This document shows positions 10,801 to 21,316 of a stretch of DNA of 64,000 bases, one piece after another. Origin of the DNA: Candidatus Marinacidobacterales bacterium (GTDB lineage Bacteria; Acidobacteriota; Vicinamibacteria; Marinacidobacterales; DATDRI01); NCBI GenBank assembly GCA_965226495.1, contig OZ245365.1, positions 6,273,480-6,337,479 of the forward strand, written 5' to 3'. Position numbers and translations under genes: made by a program. The notes below the pieces were generated by a model. It saw only the letters and a list, made by a program, of their open reading frames with translations, was not told the origin of the DNA and made no database searches. How positions within the stretch are numbered: position 1 is the stretch's first letter; every line of letters starts with the position of its first letter.

Positions 10801-10998
10801 GTTGAGCGAGCGAACCTATCGCGTCGAGCTGATTTCCTTTGCTCTCGTCGGACGGCCGCGGGGTCGCATCGTCTTTACCGGGCCGTTCCACCTTGATGAC
10901 ATCGGCGCCGAGCCACGCCAGCATCTACGTGCCTGTCGGTCCCGATTGCACGCGAGTCATATCCTAAGGATGCGAACACCCTCCAGAGGCTTTCCCAT
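10611..10998 (-). pseudogene. frc: Formyl-CoA transferase (CaiB/BaiF family) remnant, split by an inversion
   Basis: Minus strand from 10998: MGKPLEGVRIL..VQSGPT..LAWLGADVIKVERPG; plus strand 10611-10743: [23 protein letters not shown]. Confidence 0.85.
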
Positions 10999-11029
10999 AA
11001 TCGTCCTCTCTATCCTTCCGCTGGTGTTG

Positions 11030-11138
11030 ACTTGGAGTCCTCGGAGTTATTGAGCGCGTCTTCGAATCGCCATGCGGCTCCGTGCAACGCTCTCCGTTCG
11101 ACCTTGATGATGCGATCGTTCCTGCGCGTCTTGAGGCG
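11030..11138 (-). mobile_element. IS1-family transposase fragment
   Basis: LKTRRNDRIIKVERRALHGAAWRFEDALNNSEDS, nearly identical to about 47280-47385. Confidence 0.7.
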
Positions 11139-11152
11139 TGAGGTCAAAATAC

Positions 11153-11395
11153 TCATGCGGCTTCCCGATGGTAGAAACGTAGCAACCCGCCAAGCCGTTC
11201 ACGGGAGCGCACCTTGCGCTCGGACTGAGGTAACGGGTCGCTGGCTGGGAACAGCAGCAGATTCTCCTTGCCTTGATGATTCCTCTCGTGGTGATGGTAG
11301 ACAACGTACTCCCTAAGCGCATGACGGAGCGACTTCTCGCCGAACAGAATGAGCTTCGAGAGACATTCCTCTTTGACTGACTTCACCCAGCGCTC
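11153..11395 (-). mobile_element. Integrase-core (rve) transposase C-terminal fragment
   Basis: AERWVKSVKEECL...YHHERNHQG...RERLGGLLRFYHREAA. Confidence 0.85.
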
Positions 11396-12480
11396 GGCGT
11401 TGTTGCACGGCCCGGAGCAAATCGCTGACCTCCCTGTGCCGGTTGCAGAGTCACCCGGCGCAGTACGTATCGGGCATCCCGAGCGCAGCCATCTTGTTGA
11501 GTATCTCGCACCCAATTCGGTGTTCAACTCGTTGCCTCGCCAACGTTCGAGCCCGCATCTCCGGCCCGATGATCGCCTTGTAACGATAGACCGCGTTCTC
11601 CACCATGCTTCGCTTGGTGTAGCCTGAGAGCTTGTACCATTCACGTCGGCCGTGTCTTTCGATTGCACGAATATGGCGATCGCGCTCCTGCATGGCGGTG
11701 TTCGAATTCTGACTGAGCGTCGCGTTTCGTTGCGGCGGAATCACCACGCGCGTCCTTCGTCCAGGACTGTGCGCTTCGATGGCTTCGTAGACCGCTTCCT
11801 TGTCGTATGCACTGTCCGCCGCCACCGACACTAGAGGTGCTTGAATCTGTGTTAGCAAAGCGGGGACTCGGGTTGCGTCGCGAGCTCGTGACGCCGTCAG
11901 TTCGGACGCAACAATGTTCCCTGTCTCGCGATCAACGGCGATGTGCAACTTGCGCCATGCGCGCTGCTTTGGCGGTTTGCGAGCGTTTCCAACATGAATC
12001 CTCAAGCCCGTGCTATCGATCATCAGGTGGATGGGTTGAGTGCTCGCGGCTTTCGGAATCCGCAGCTTCTTGCGGAGCAACCTCGAGCGCCGACACAACG
12101 TCGAGTAGTCCGGGATCTCGATACCGAGCCCGAGAAGCGAGGCGATCGAGTGCAAGAAGCCTTCGGTTTGTCGGTAGGCGAGCTTGTACACCATCCGGAC
12201 AACCAGGCCCGTTTCAATCGCCATGTCTGAATAGACCCGTTGACCGCCAGGCTTACCGGTCTTGTCGGCCTTCCAGTTCGCGATTGCCTCCTCGTCAAAC
12301 CAGACTGTCAAATCGCCCCGGCGGCGCAGCCCTTCGTTGTATTCCGCCCAGTTGCGAACGTGGTACTTCTTCTGCTTCGCGTGCTTGTACTGGCAGCGCT
12401 TGGGATACTTCATGCTCGAACATACCTCGGCCACCACCATAGGCGGATTTCGCTCTCAGCCAGAGCGGTGCAACAACGCC
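11396..12480 (-). mobile_element. IS5-family (IS903-group) element, copy A; transposase 11451-12413
   Basis: TIR GGCGTTGTTGCAC at both ends; VRNWAEYNEGLRRRGDLTVW, IDSTG, WRKLH, ADSAYD, YTKRSMVEN. Confidence 0.95.
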
Positions 12481-12775
12481 GCGTGCATGGCCGAGCTGGC
12501 AAAGCTAGGCACATTTCCCAGGCCGCCGTCTCCAAGTATATGGTTCGCCATCGCATGCCACCGTCCCCTACTTGGCGGAGCTTTCTTGATAATCATGCAA
12601 ACGACTTGGTGTCGCTCGACTTTTTCACTTTGCCGACTGCAACCTTCAGAGTTCTGTTCGTCTTCATTGTCCTTCGCCACGACCGTCGCCGTATCGTTCA
12701 TTTCAATGTCACCGAACATCCTTCCGCCGAGTGGACGGCACAGCAAATAGTCGATGCTTTTCCATGGGATACAGT
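12481..12775 (+). mobile_element. Integrase-core transposase internal fragment
   Basis: PPSPTWRSFLDNH...DFFTLPTATFRVLFVFIVLRHDRRRIVHFNVTEHPSAEWTAQQIVDAFPWD. Confidence 0.85.
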
Positions 12776-12792
12776 GTATTCTACCTGGCGCA

Positions 12793-14182
12793 ATGTGGAT
12801 TACTTCCGGCACGATCCGCCCGGGGTACGACTGCTATGTAATCGGCTCTGGCCCGGCGGGCATCACGCTCGCCCTGGAGCTGGCCAAGAAAAATAAGAAG
12901 GTGCTGGTCTTTGAGTCCGGCACTGCAACGGATGCTCGGGCCGACATGCCAAACGCCATCAACCAAGGACACCTTCCAGACGGCTGGTGGGATAGACACT
13001 CTACACGTACACTCGGTGGCACCTCAAAGGTCTGGACAGGCTGGTGTACCACGTTAACGGAGCGGGATTTCGATAACCCGGCCGTCGGCGTTCGCTGGCC
13101 GATTACTCGCACCGAGTTGGTGCCGTACTATCGGCGCGCGGCTGAAGTCCTGGACCGAGATACCTCTATCGTCGATGTCGAGACGCCCCTGGTGCCGGGG
13201 TTCGTCTACCGACCGTTCTCAAGAGGTGTTCCGACCCGTCTCGGCCTCAAGTATTTCGATGTACTGGAGAAATCCTCGACGATTCACGTTGCGCTCGCCT
13301 CCTCGGTGGTTGGCCTCGACGCCGATACGTCTCGCTCCGCGGTACGGACGCTGACGTATTTTCATCATTCTTCAAGCACCACGCACCAGCTTGCCATCGA
13401 TCCCGCACAGCCGGTCGTCCTCGCGGGCGGCGGCATCAGCAACGCACAACTGCTACTTCAGCCTCGTTCGGATGGTGCGGTCCCGGTCGGCAACGAGGGC
13501 GGCTTGGCGGGGAAGTTCCTGATGGAGCATCCGCATTTCATTGGAGTGGCCGAACTCGTGCTTGACGAAGACCTGAACCGGCAACCCAGGCCCGCTGCCT
13601 TTGGGGGAATCACCCATGCGATGGTGCCGGACAATGCTCTGACGATGCAGCACGGGTTATTCGGGTGCAGTGTGGACTGTCAGGACCAAACCACCGATCA
13701 TCCAATGGTCGAGTATCTCTCCAGGGAGTACGGGAAGCCCTTCTATCACTACACCAGCTCAGTACGATCTGAAATGTTGCCCTCTGCCAGTAACCGTGTG
13801 TTGCTGACCGGGGAACGCGACGCCGCGGGGTTCTACCGGCCCAGCGTCCGATGTGTCTTCAACGCCGGGGACTTCCTCAACGCGGAGACGACGCTGCGGC
13901 CTCCTCGGAGAATTGCTGATAGAGTCGAAGAAGGGCCGGGTACGCATTCACAATAATGTCCTATACCGGCGGGCGGACGGTGGCGGGCACATCATGGGAA
14001 CGACCAGAATGGGCACGAGTCGATCGACTTCGGTGGTCGATCGAGACTGCCGGGTGCACGGGTACCGCAACCTGTTCGTCGCTGGCTCGTCCGTGTTTCC
14101 CACCGGCGGGTACGCGAACCCGATGCTGACGATTGTCGCGTTGTCTCTGCGACTGGCTGACACTCTCGCGACGTCACGGTGA
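12793..14182 (+). CDS. GMC-family FAD oxidoreductase, frameshifted near 13900
   Basis: VIGSGPAG, LGGTS..WTG, GKFLMEHP; second frame GHIMGTTRMG...VVDRDCRVHGYRNLFVAGSSVFPTGGYANP. Confidence 0.85.
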
Positions 14183-14799
14183 AGATGCCTGACATGACAC
14201 GCCGCATCTCACGACGGACATTCGTGATGGGGTTCGGCGGTGGTGCCGCTTCCGCTTCGCTCGTCTGGGGACTCTGGGGGTTTAGGCGTTGGCCGCAAAC
14301 GCCCGGCGAAGAACATCCGGTCATCGCGAGGTGTTGTGCCTACGCCGAGTACGATGGTTGGCTGGTCACGACCGAGGACAAAAGACGCCTCCCCTTAATT
14401 ATTGTACTGACCTACACCAGCGGCTGGTACCGGAAGGAAACAGGAGGCGAAACGCCGGGGCGATGGACCCATCAGGCCGCCACACTGTCGTTTTTGAACC
14501 CGCAGGCGAACGCGACGTTCTCCCTCGACTACGCCGCACGCGCGAAGCAGACGGTCACGGTCAGCGTCGGCGGCCAACTGCTGCAGTCATTCGTCACCGA
14601 TGCTTCTGGCCGCCGCCGCTGCCGCCGTATTCTCCTCCCCGCCGCAGTGCTGGGAAATGGGGATAGGGCCGAGATTCAGATCACTGTGGACCGGACGTTC
14701 GTGCCAGCGAATCTGATCGTGGGCTCGCGCGACGCCCGTGAACTCGGCATTAAGGTCTATCATGCTGCTGTTGAACGCGATCCTGTTCCAACTCCCTGA
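14179..14799 (+). CDS. Exported hypothetical protein with a Tat-like signal
   Basis: ISRRTFV plus hydrophobic stretch; overlaps the GMC stop (GTGA); C-terminal FVP...DARELG beta-domain. Confidence 0.6.
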   Translation: MKMPDMTRRISRRTFVMGFGGGAASASLVWGLWGFRRWPQTPGEEHPVIARCCAYAEYDGWLVTTEDKRRLPLIIVLTYTSGWYRKETGGETPGRWTHQAATLSFLNPQANATFSLDYAARAKQTVTVSVGGQLLQSFVTDASGRRRCRRILLPAAVLGNGDRAEIQITVDRTFVPANLIVGSRDARELGIKVYHAAVERDPVPTP

Positions 14800-15316
14800 C
14801 GGGTACTGCCAAGTTTGACGAAAAGCTAGCTGTGCCCGCAATGGTCCAATGGAACTCGTTATGTGCTGTACGTAATATTTCCCTGTTCGCTGATCTCTAT
14901 TCTCCTGTTCTTCCAGAGCAAATTCACTGAAACTCGGCCGCTCTCTGGTCGCGCGTTTCCGAGATCGTTACCCCTCCGCCATCCAGTGTCTGGAGAAGGA
15001 CCTCGAGGAGACCGTCATCTATCTTCGCTTTCCCACGGGACATCACAAGCACATCCGAACCTGTGCCTTCTATTTATTCATCCGCGCGCACCGTTGCTCC
15101 GGGACGGGGCGCGATCACAGGCCGCGGTGGGAAGTCTGTCTGGGGCTTTCTGTCGCTGGTGGACCGCCTAAAGAAAGGTCATTCACGAACTATCCCCACC
15201 TCACCTTGGGTGTCCACGCGGACCGGCTCAAAGTTGCCGTCACGATTCCCAATGGCTTAGATTCGGCGTTAGGCATCTAGGCCGGGCCGCACCGTTCACC
15301 GCTCGCAGACAACCCC

Positions 15317-15404
15317 GTTGTGATCCGCAAAAAAGAAGATTAGCCAGAAGCAGTCGAACGTAGCATTGTCTAGAACGCGCAATCAACGCCGGATCCATTT
15401 TTTG
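15317..15404. repeat. Dispersed ~90-bp repeat (IS-end-like), second copy at 56734-56820
   Basis: GTTGTGATCCGCAAAAAAGAA...GCCAGAAGCAG...GCGCAATCAACGCCGGATC shared by both sites. Confidence 0.75.
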
Positions 15405-15478
15405 CTGAGCATAGCTGAACTGACCCCACGAGTACTTAATTGACCCACGGTCGCAATCGACGCTAGGCTCTGGAGCGC

Positions 15479-15845
15479 ATGAGGAAAAGGACGCCGCTTG
15501 CTGTGCTCGCCGTCGGTCTGCTGGTCGTCATCGCCATCGGATGCGCTGTGAAGCTGACTCCTGCTGGGGCGATGGTCCGGGAGGGGCACGGCCCAGCCGT
15601 TAGTGCGCGGTGCGAGTTTCTGGGGGATCGTCAGGCTGACGACAAGACGGCTGCGGTAATTGCCAGGGGTACAGCCGGTTCCCGTGGTCGGTCCCTTGAT
15701 CGCTGGGGTGCGCACGGATCCAACGTCATGCGGGAAATCCGCAAACAAGGTCGCCGAGCTTGGCGGCAATGTCTTCGTTTCGATCGGCGGCGACAGGTTC
15801 GAGGTTCAGGCCGAAGCGTACCGTTGCGCCCACGAGCGGCGGTAG
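15479..15845 (+). pseudogene. Small lipoprotein (DUF4156-like), frameshifted
   Basis: Lipobox AIGC; CEFLG; later frame IRNKVAELGGN...AEAYRC. Confidence 0.55.
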
Positions 15846-15895
15846 CTCCAACCCAGCGACGATTCTTCGCATTTCGGGTCGTTTCACCTGGGACA

Positions 15896-16980
15896 GGCGT
15901 TGTTGCACGGCCCGGAGCAAATCGCTGACCTCCCTGTGCCGGTCGTAGAGTCACCCGGCGCAGTACGTATCGGGCATCCCGAGCGCGGTCATCTTGTTGA
16001 GTATCTCGCACCCAATTCGGTGTTCAACTCGTTGCCTCGCCAACGTTCGTGTCCGCATCTCGGGCCCGATGATCGCTTTGTAACGATAGACCGCGTTCTC
16101 CACCATGCTTCGCTTGGTGCAGCCTGAGAGCTTGTACCATTCACGTCGGCCGTGTCTTTCGATGGCACGAATATGGCGGTCGCGCTCCTGCATGGCGGTG
16201 TTCGAATTCTGATTGAGCGTCGCGTTTCGTTGCGGCGGAATCACCACGCGCGTCCTTCGTCCAGGGCTGTGCGCTTCGATCGCTTCGTAGACCGCTTCCT
16301 TGTCGTATGCACTGTCCGCCGCCACCGACGCTAGAGGTGCTTGAATCTGTGTTAGCAAAGCGGGGACTCGGGTTGCGTCGCGAGCTCGTGACGCCGTCAG
16401 TTCGGACGCAACAATGTTGCCGGTCTCGCGATCAACGGCGATGTGCAACTTGCGCCATGCGCGCTGCTTTGGCGGTTTGCGGGCGGTTCCAACATGAATC
16501 CTCAAGCCCGTGCTATCGATCATCAGGTGGATTGGTTGATTGCTTGCGGCTTTCGGAATCCGCAGCTTCTTGCGGAGCAGCCTCGACCGCCGAGACAACG
16601 TCGAGTAGTCCGGGATCTCGATACCGAGCCCGAGCAGCGAGGCGATCGAGTGCAAGAAGCCTTCGGTTTGTCGGTAGGCGAGCTTGTACACCATCCGGAC
16701 AACCAGGCCCGTTTCAATAGCCATGTCTGAATAGACCCGTTGACCGCCAGGCTTACCGGTCTTGTCGGCCATCCAGTTCGCGATTGCCTCCTCGTCAAAC
16801 CAGACCGTCAAATCGCCTCGGCGGCGCAGCCCTTCGTTGTATTCCGCCCAGTTGCGAACGTGGTACTTCTTCTGCTTCGCGTGCTTGTACTGGCTGCGCT
16901 TGGGATACTTCATGGTCGAACATACCTCGGCCACCACAAGAGGCGCATTTTGCTCTCAGCCAGAGCGGTGCAACAACGCG
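15896..16980 (-). mobile_element. IS5-family (IS903-group) element, copy B
   Basis: Same TIRs; transposase 15951-16913, slightly diverged from copy A. Confidence 0.95.
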
Positions 16981-17006
16981 GGGCGAACGATGCATCCCCT
17001 CGCTTC

Positions 17007-18470
17007 GGAAATGTCCCGCCGGATGTTGAATTTGGGGTAGCGGCGGCTCCTTGGCCGGCCTAAGAATAGGTCTGCCAAACCAACCGTCTCCAGAGGGGGA
17101 CAAGGAGCCACCATGCCAAGGAAATCAAAGAAGCCAGTAAGAAAGCAAACGCACTCGCCTACGGGCAAGGTAGTTGGCCAAGTCGGTCAGATACTGCTAC
17201 CGATGATAGCTGGGATCGCGGCCACGAAGGCGGACCTGACGGAATGGGTGTACGAGCAAGGACTGACCGCATTGCACCTACTCCTGAGAGAGGACGCGGA
17301 GAAGATCGCGGGGCCGAAGGGCAAGCACGAGAAGGAGCGAACTCATAACCACTGGGGGAGCACGGATGGGGAGCTGAGCTTCGGCGGTCGTCGAATCCAA
17401 GTGTCGCGACCTCGAGTTCGTTCGAAGTCGGGCGAGGAGGCGTCGCTTCCACACTTCGAAGCCTTCCGCGAAGAAGACCCGCTTCCGGAGCGAGTGCTGA
17501 ACCAGATCTTGGTGGGGGTATCGACCCGAAATTACGAATCGAGTCTGGACAAACCCTCGGCGAAGTTGAAGTCTCGTGGCACGAGCAAGAGTGCCGCCAG
17601 CCGTCACCTCGTGAGCCAGACGACTAAGAAGCTCGAGGAATACCTATCTCGGAGGCTAGAGGAGTTCGAGCTTGCGGCACTAATGATGGATGGCCTTGAG
17701 GTGGCCGGACAGACCGTCGTCGTAACTCTCGGTATCACAATAGATGGAACGAAGGTGCCCTTGGGTATATGGCTGGGCTCGACGGAGAACTCTCGGGTGT
17801 GCACCGCGATGTTGCAGAACCTTCTCGAGCGGGGATTGCGGATCGACGAATCGATTCTCTGCGTAGTGGACGGAGGCAAAGGGATCCGCAAAGCACTCGT
17901 CGACGTTTTGGGGGATCTCGCGGTTATCCAAAGATGCCAGCTCCACAAACTCCGAAATCTACGCTCGTACCTTCCCAAGTCCCGTCACGCCTACGTGCTC
18001 CAGACAATGAAGGAAGCGTACAAATGCAAGAGTGCCGACAAGGCGCGCAAGCGACTTCAGGCATTGGTGTCGTGGCTCGAGCGAAACGGCTACGACGAAG
18101 CTGCCGGAAGCCTTCGCGAAGGGATGGAAGAGACCCTCACGGTTGTGAAGCTCGCTCTACCCGAGTTACTTCGCAAATCTCTGGCCACGACAAACGCCAT
18201 CGAGAATCTCAACGGCACCATCCGCAGAGTCTCGAGAAACGTCAAGCGGTGGAAGAGTCCTTCCATGATTCGCCGATGGACCGCTCTCGGCGTCGTCACG
18301 GCGGAGAAAAAGTTTCACCGTATCAAAGGCTATCGCCATATGGGCGCTCTCGTTCACGCGCTTAGAAGCAAACAGAAATCTCTTGACAGCGATGAGGTTG
18401 CTGCCTAAGAGTATTCACAGGTGCCGCCGCTACCCGACCAAATTCAACAGCGGCCGGGACATCCCCCAAA
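17007..18470 (+). mobile_element. IS256-family element (transposase 17113-18408) inserted into the first CRISPR repeat
   Basis: GVSTRNY, MMDG, VVDGGKG, QRCQLHK, TTNAIENLN; imperfect TIRs ATGTCCC...TGTTGAATTTGG; TCGCTTCG(G) duplicated on both sides. Confidence 0.92.
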
Positions 18471-19953
18471 TCGCTTCGGCGGGGGGAGTGGATTGAAACT
18501 ACGCGTTGGCATGAGGATGACCTGGTAGGAAGGCGTCTCCCCTCGCTTCGGCGGGGGGAGTGGATTGAAACTTCACCGCTCAGGGCTTTGCCATCACAGG
18601 GACGCCGCTGTCTCCCCTCGCTTCGGCGGGGGGAGTGGATTGAAACCTCGTTGGACGCTCGCTGTAGAACTTGGCTACCGTCTCCCCTCGCTTCGGCGGG
18701 GGGAGTGGATTGAAACTCTCAGAAGGTGGGTTTGAGAGACGTTTACATGGCTCGTCTCCCCTCGCTTCGAGGCGGGGGGAGTGGATTGAAAGCGTCTCGT
18801 TCCAGGGGCATCGACCGCGAGCTCTGGAAGTCTCCGCCTCGCTTCGATGCGGGGGGAGTGGATTGAAACACTCGTCTCTCTTGGCCGCCTTGCGCGCAGC
18901 CTCCGTTGCGTCTTGTGTCCCCTCGCTTCGGCGGGGGGAGTGGATTGAAACACGTTCCCGAGCTCTGGCGAATGAAGAAGCACTGCAGACACGTTCCCGG
19001 TCTCCCCTCGCTTCGGCGGGGGGGAGTGGATTGAAACATTCTGGCCAGCGCGTTGACGAGGTCCTGTGCCCGAGCACCGTCTCCCCTCGCTTCGGCGGGG
19101 GGAGTGGATTGAAACGTAGCAACTGCTCAACGCCGAGGCCTTCACGGCCGACGAGATGTCTCCCCTCGCTTCGGCGGGGGGAGTGATTGAAAAGGACTGC
19201 CTCGGACGGAACGAGATCAGCTCACGCCCGCCTTCGGTCGTCTCCCCTCGCCTTCGGCGGGGGGAGTGGATTGAAACGTCTTCAGGCGGGCGGCTTGAAA
19301 ATATTGCCTAGGACGCGATCAGCGTCTCCCCTCGCTTCGGCGGGGGGAGTGGATTGAAACACGCACTTCGAGCTGCGGAACGGTGTTCGGGGTCGAGCCA
19401 GGTCTCCCCTCGCTTCGGCGGGGGGAGTGGATTGAACGACCATGGAATCCGCAACCTCCGACGATTGCGAGATCACTCCCTCGTCTCGGCGGATCCTCGC
19501 TTCGAGCGGGGGGAGTGGATGAATGCGCCACGTCGCTGTGCAACTTCGTTGCGAGCCACGTCTCCCCTCGCTTCGGCGGCGTTCGCGGGAGTGGATTGAG
19601 TTCAAAGAACCGACGTTTCGGGCCTGTATTATCCCGGAGCCCGGCGTACAGCATGGGTCTCACCTTCGCATCTTCGGCGGGCGAGAGGAGTCCGGATCGA
19701 AACTTCTCTTGCTCAACCTGGACCATCGTCTGCACCATCCCGTATGTCCTCGCTTCGGCGTGACACCCGAGGGCGACTCGAATCTCTTGGAAAAGCGGAT
19801 CCTGAGCTGAGTGCCATGGGCTAACCCGTCGTCCCCTCGCTTCGTTGGTTGGCCACGGCAAGTGCCATTGCAAAACGTGAATACGCGATAAGGCAGATGG
19901 CGGACCGTGGCGCCGAAAGTCGACTCCTTTTGGCGGGGGGAGTGGATTGAAAC
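18471..19953 (+). CRISPR. CRISPR array of about 19 repeats, consensus GTCTCCCCTCGCTTCGGCGGGGGGAGTGGATTGAAAC (37 bp); 5' half of repeat 1 lies at 16992-17008
   Basis: Regularly spaced repeats (18535, 18610, 18680, 18754, 18830, 18915, 19000, 19079, 19158, 19240, 19324, 19402...) with unique 33-48-nt spacers; 10-bp stem with C(UUCG)G loop; 3' ATTGAAAC; degenerate beyond about 19480. Confidence 0.97.
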
Positions 19954-20132
19954 TTCTGGCGTGAGCAGTTGTCCCTTCCATAAACTCGAGCTGTATGAGA
20001 TTGGCGCACCTCCTGCAACCAGGATGCTTTGGTCGTCTTCATGTAGGACGTTTTAAGAGCCGGCGTCGGCTCTACTCAGGGGTAGAGGTGTAAGCTGGTG
20101 CGAAGTCCGGCAGCCGTTCCGAGCGGACCGGC

Positions 20133-20480
20133 TCAAGCAGCGGCGTGTCGAGTGTAATAATGATGGAGACCACCGACCTTTGGAATGGCTCTCACTTTGC
20201 CCATCGCCGGTGACTCTACCCGGCGAGGCTCAGGCGCGTCCTTCTCAAGCGACAAATGAGTCCGGCACGAATGATAGTAGTCGACGTATTTGCGTAGGAT
20301 TCGCTTCAGGTGCCGCTCGTCGAGGACGATCACGTGGTCGAGACACTCACGTCGAATGGAGCCGATTATCCTTTCGACAAATGGATTCTGCCACGGGGAG
20401 CGCGGTGCGGTAAGGACCTGCTCGATCCCGAGACCGTCGACGCGAGTATCGAAGTACGCTCCGTAGGTCTGGTCTCGATC
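20133..20480 (-). mobile_element. Integrase-core transposase C-terminal fragment
   Basis: PRSPWQNPFVERIIGSIRRECLDHVI...YYHSCRTHLSLEKDAP...GGLHHYY. Confidence 0.88.
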
Positions 20481-20481
20481 C

Positions 20482-20760
20482 CGTCCTGTGCCAAAACTCG
20501 GCCCTTTTGAATAGACCATAAATCAGCAGCTTAGTGTCTGTGTTTGCGACCGGGCCAAGGGCCGTAGGCTTTACAATCGTCTGGCCCGAGGGTGTTATCT
20601 TCAGATCCATGATGACGTACCACGCGCAATTCCTACTGCTCGTTCTAGCTGGCTGGGTCAACCGCCAGCAGCAGGATGTGATCGACTACCAGCAAGAGGA
20701 GAACCGCGTCCTGTGCCAAAACTCGGCCCTCTTGAAATAGACCACAAATCAGCAGCTTAG
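20482..20760. repeat. Two tandem copies of an IS-end repeat (CGTCCTGTGCCAAAACTCGGCCC...AATCAGCAGCTTAG) around a short transposase N-terminal remnant
   Basis: Copies at 20482 and 20707; also at 41951, 46660-46713 (reverse) and 57190-57248 (reverse, partial); LAGWVNRQQQDVIDY..EENRVL lies between the first two. Confidence 0.8.
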
Positions 20761-20877
20761 ACGCCCTTGGAATCCGCCGACCCTTGGGCTGCGGGGCGAG
20801 CTGCGGGCAGCGGACTGCGCACCCGGAAGCCCCTCATTAGACTGGACTTTATCGAGCACAAGAGCGAACGTTCGGTG

Positions 20878-21315
20878 ATGCCGCAGAATACAGGGGTTGG
20901 CCGGAACGTCGTTTTGGACGGTTTGGACTTCGCCAGCTTACGGCGGGTCTGGGAGCAGGCCTTCGGGGCTGCTCCCCCACGCTCGCTCTCTCGCGTTTTC
21001 CTGTGCCGTGTTCTGGCGTACGAACGCCAGTGCCGGACTCATGGCGGGCTTTCGGCCGCAACCCGGCGCGCTCTGGCCGCCATGGCGAACGGGACGCCAG
21101 GCAACGGCGCCGCCGCTCCCGCAGGGTCCGTTTCTGCCGGCACCCATCTCGTCCGCGAGTGGAATGGCCGGACCTACCAGGTCGAGGTAATCGACAACGG
21201 CTATCGGTTCGATGGCAAAACCTATCCGTCCCTCACTACCATCGCAAAGCGAATCACCGGCACCCACTGGTCAGGACCACGCTTTTTCGGTCTGACGCCC
21301 AAGCGCAAGGCCTAA
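20878..21315 (+). CDS. DUF2924 domain protein
   Basis: LRRVWEQAFG..PP...LAYERQ...GTHLVREWNG...YPSLTTIAKRITGTHWSGPRFFGL; directly upstream of the recombinase. Confidence 0.9.
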   Translation: MPQNTGVGRNVVLDGLDFASLRRVWEQAFGAAPPRSLSRVFLCRVLAYERQCRTHGGLSAATRRALAAMANGTPGNGAAAPAGSVSAGTHLVREWNGRTYQVEVIDNGYRFDGKTYPSLTTIAKRITGTHWSGPRFFGLTPKRKA

Positions 21316-21316
21316 C

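Noticed and set aside
18500-19900. Self-targeting spacers within the window
   Set aside because: No match noticed by eye; this was not an exhaustive search and needs BLAST.
18580-19981. Several ORFs of 100-220 aa across the array
   Set aside because: They are translations of CRISPR repeats and spacers, not genes.
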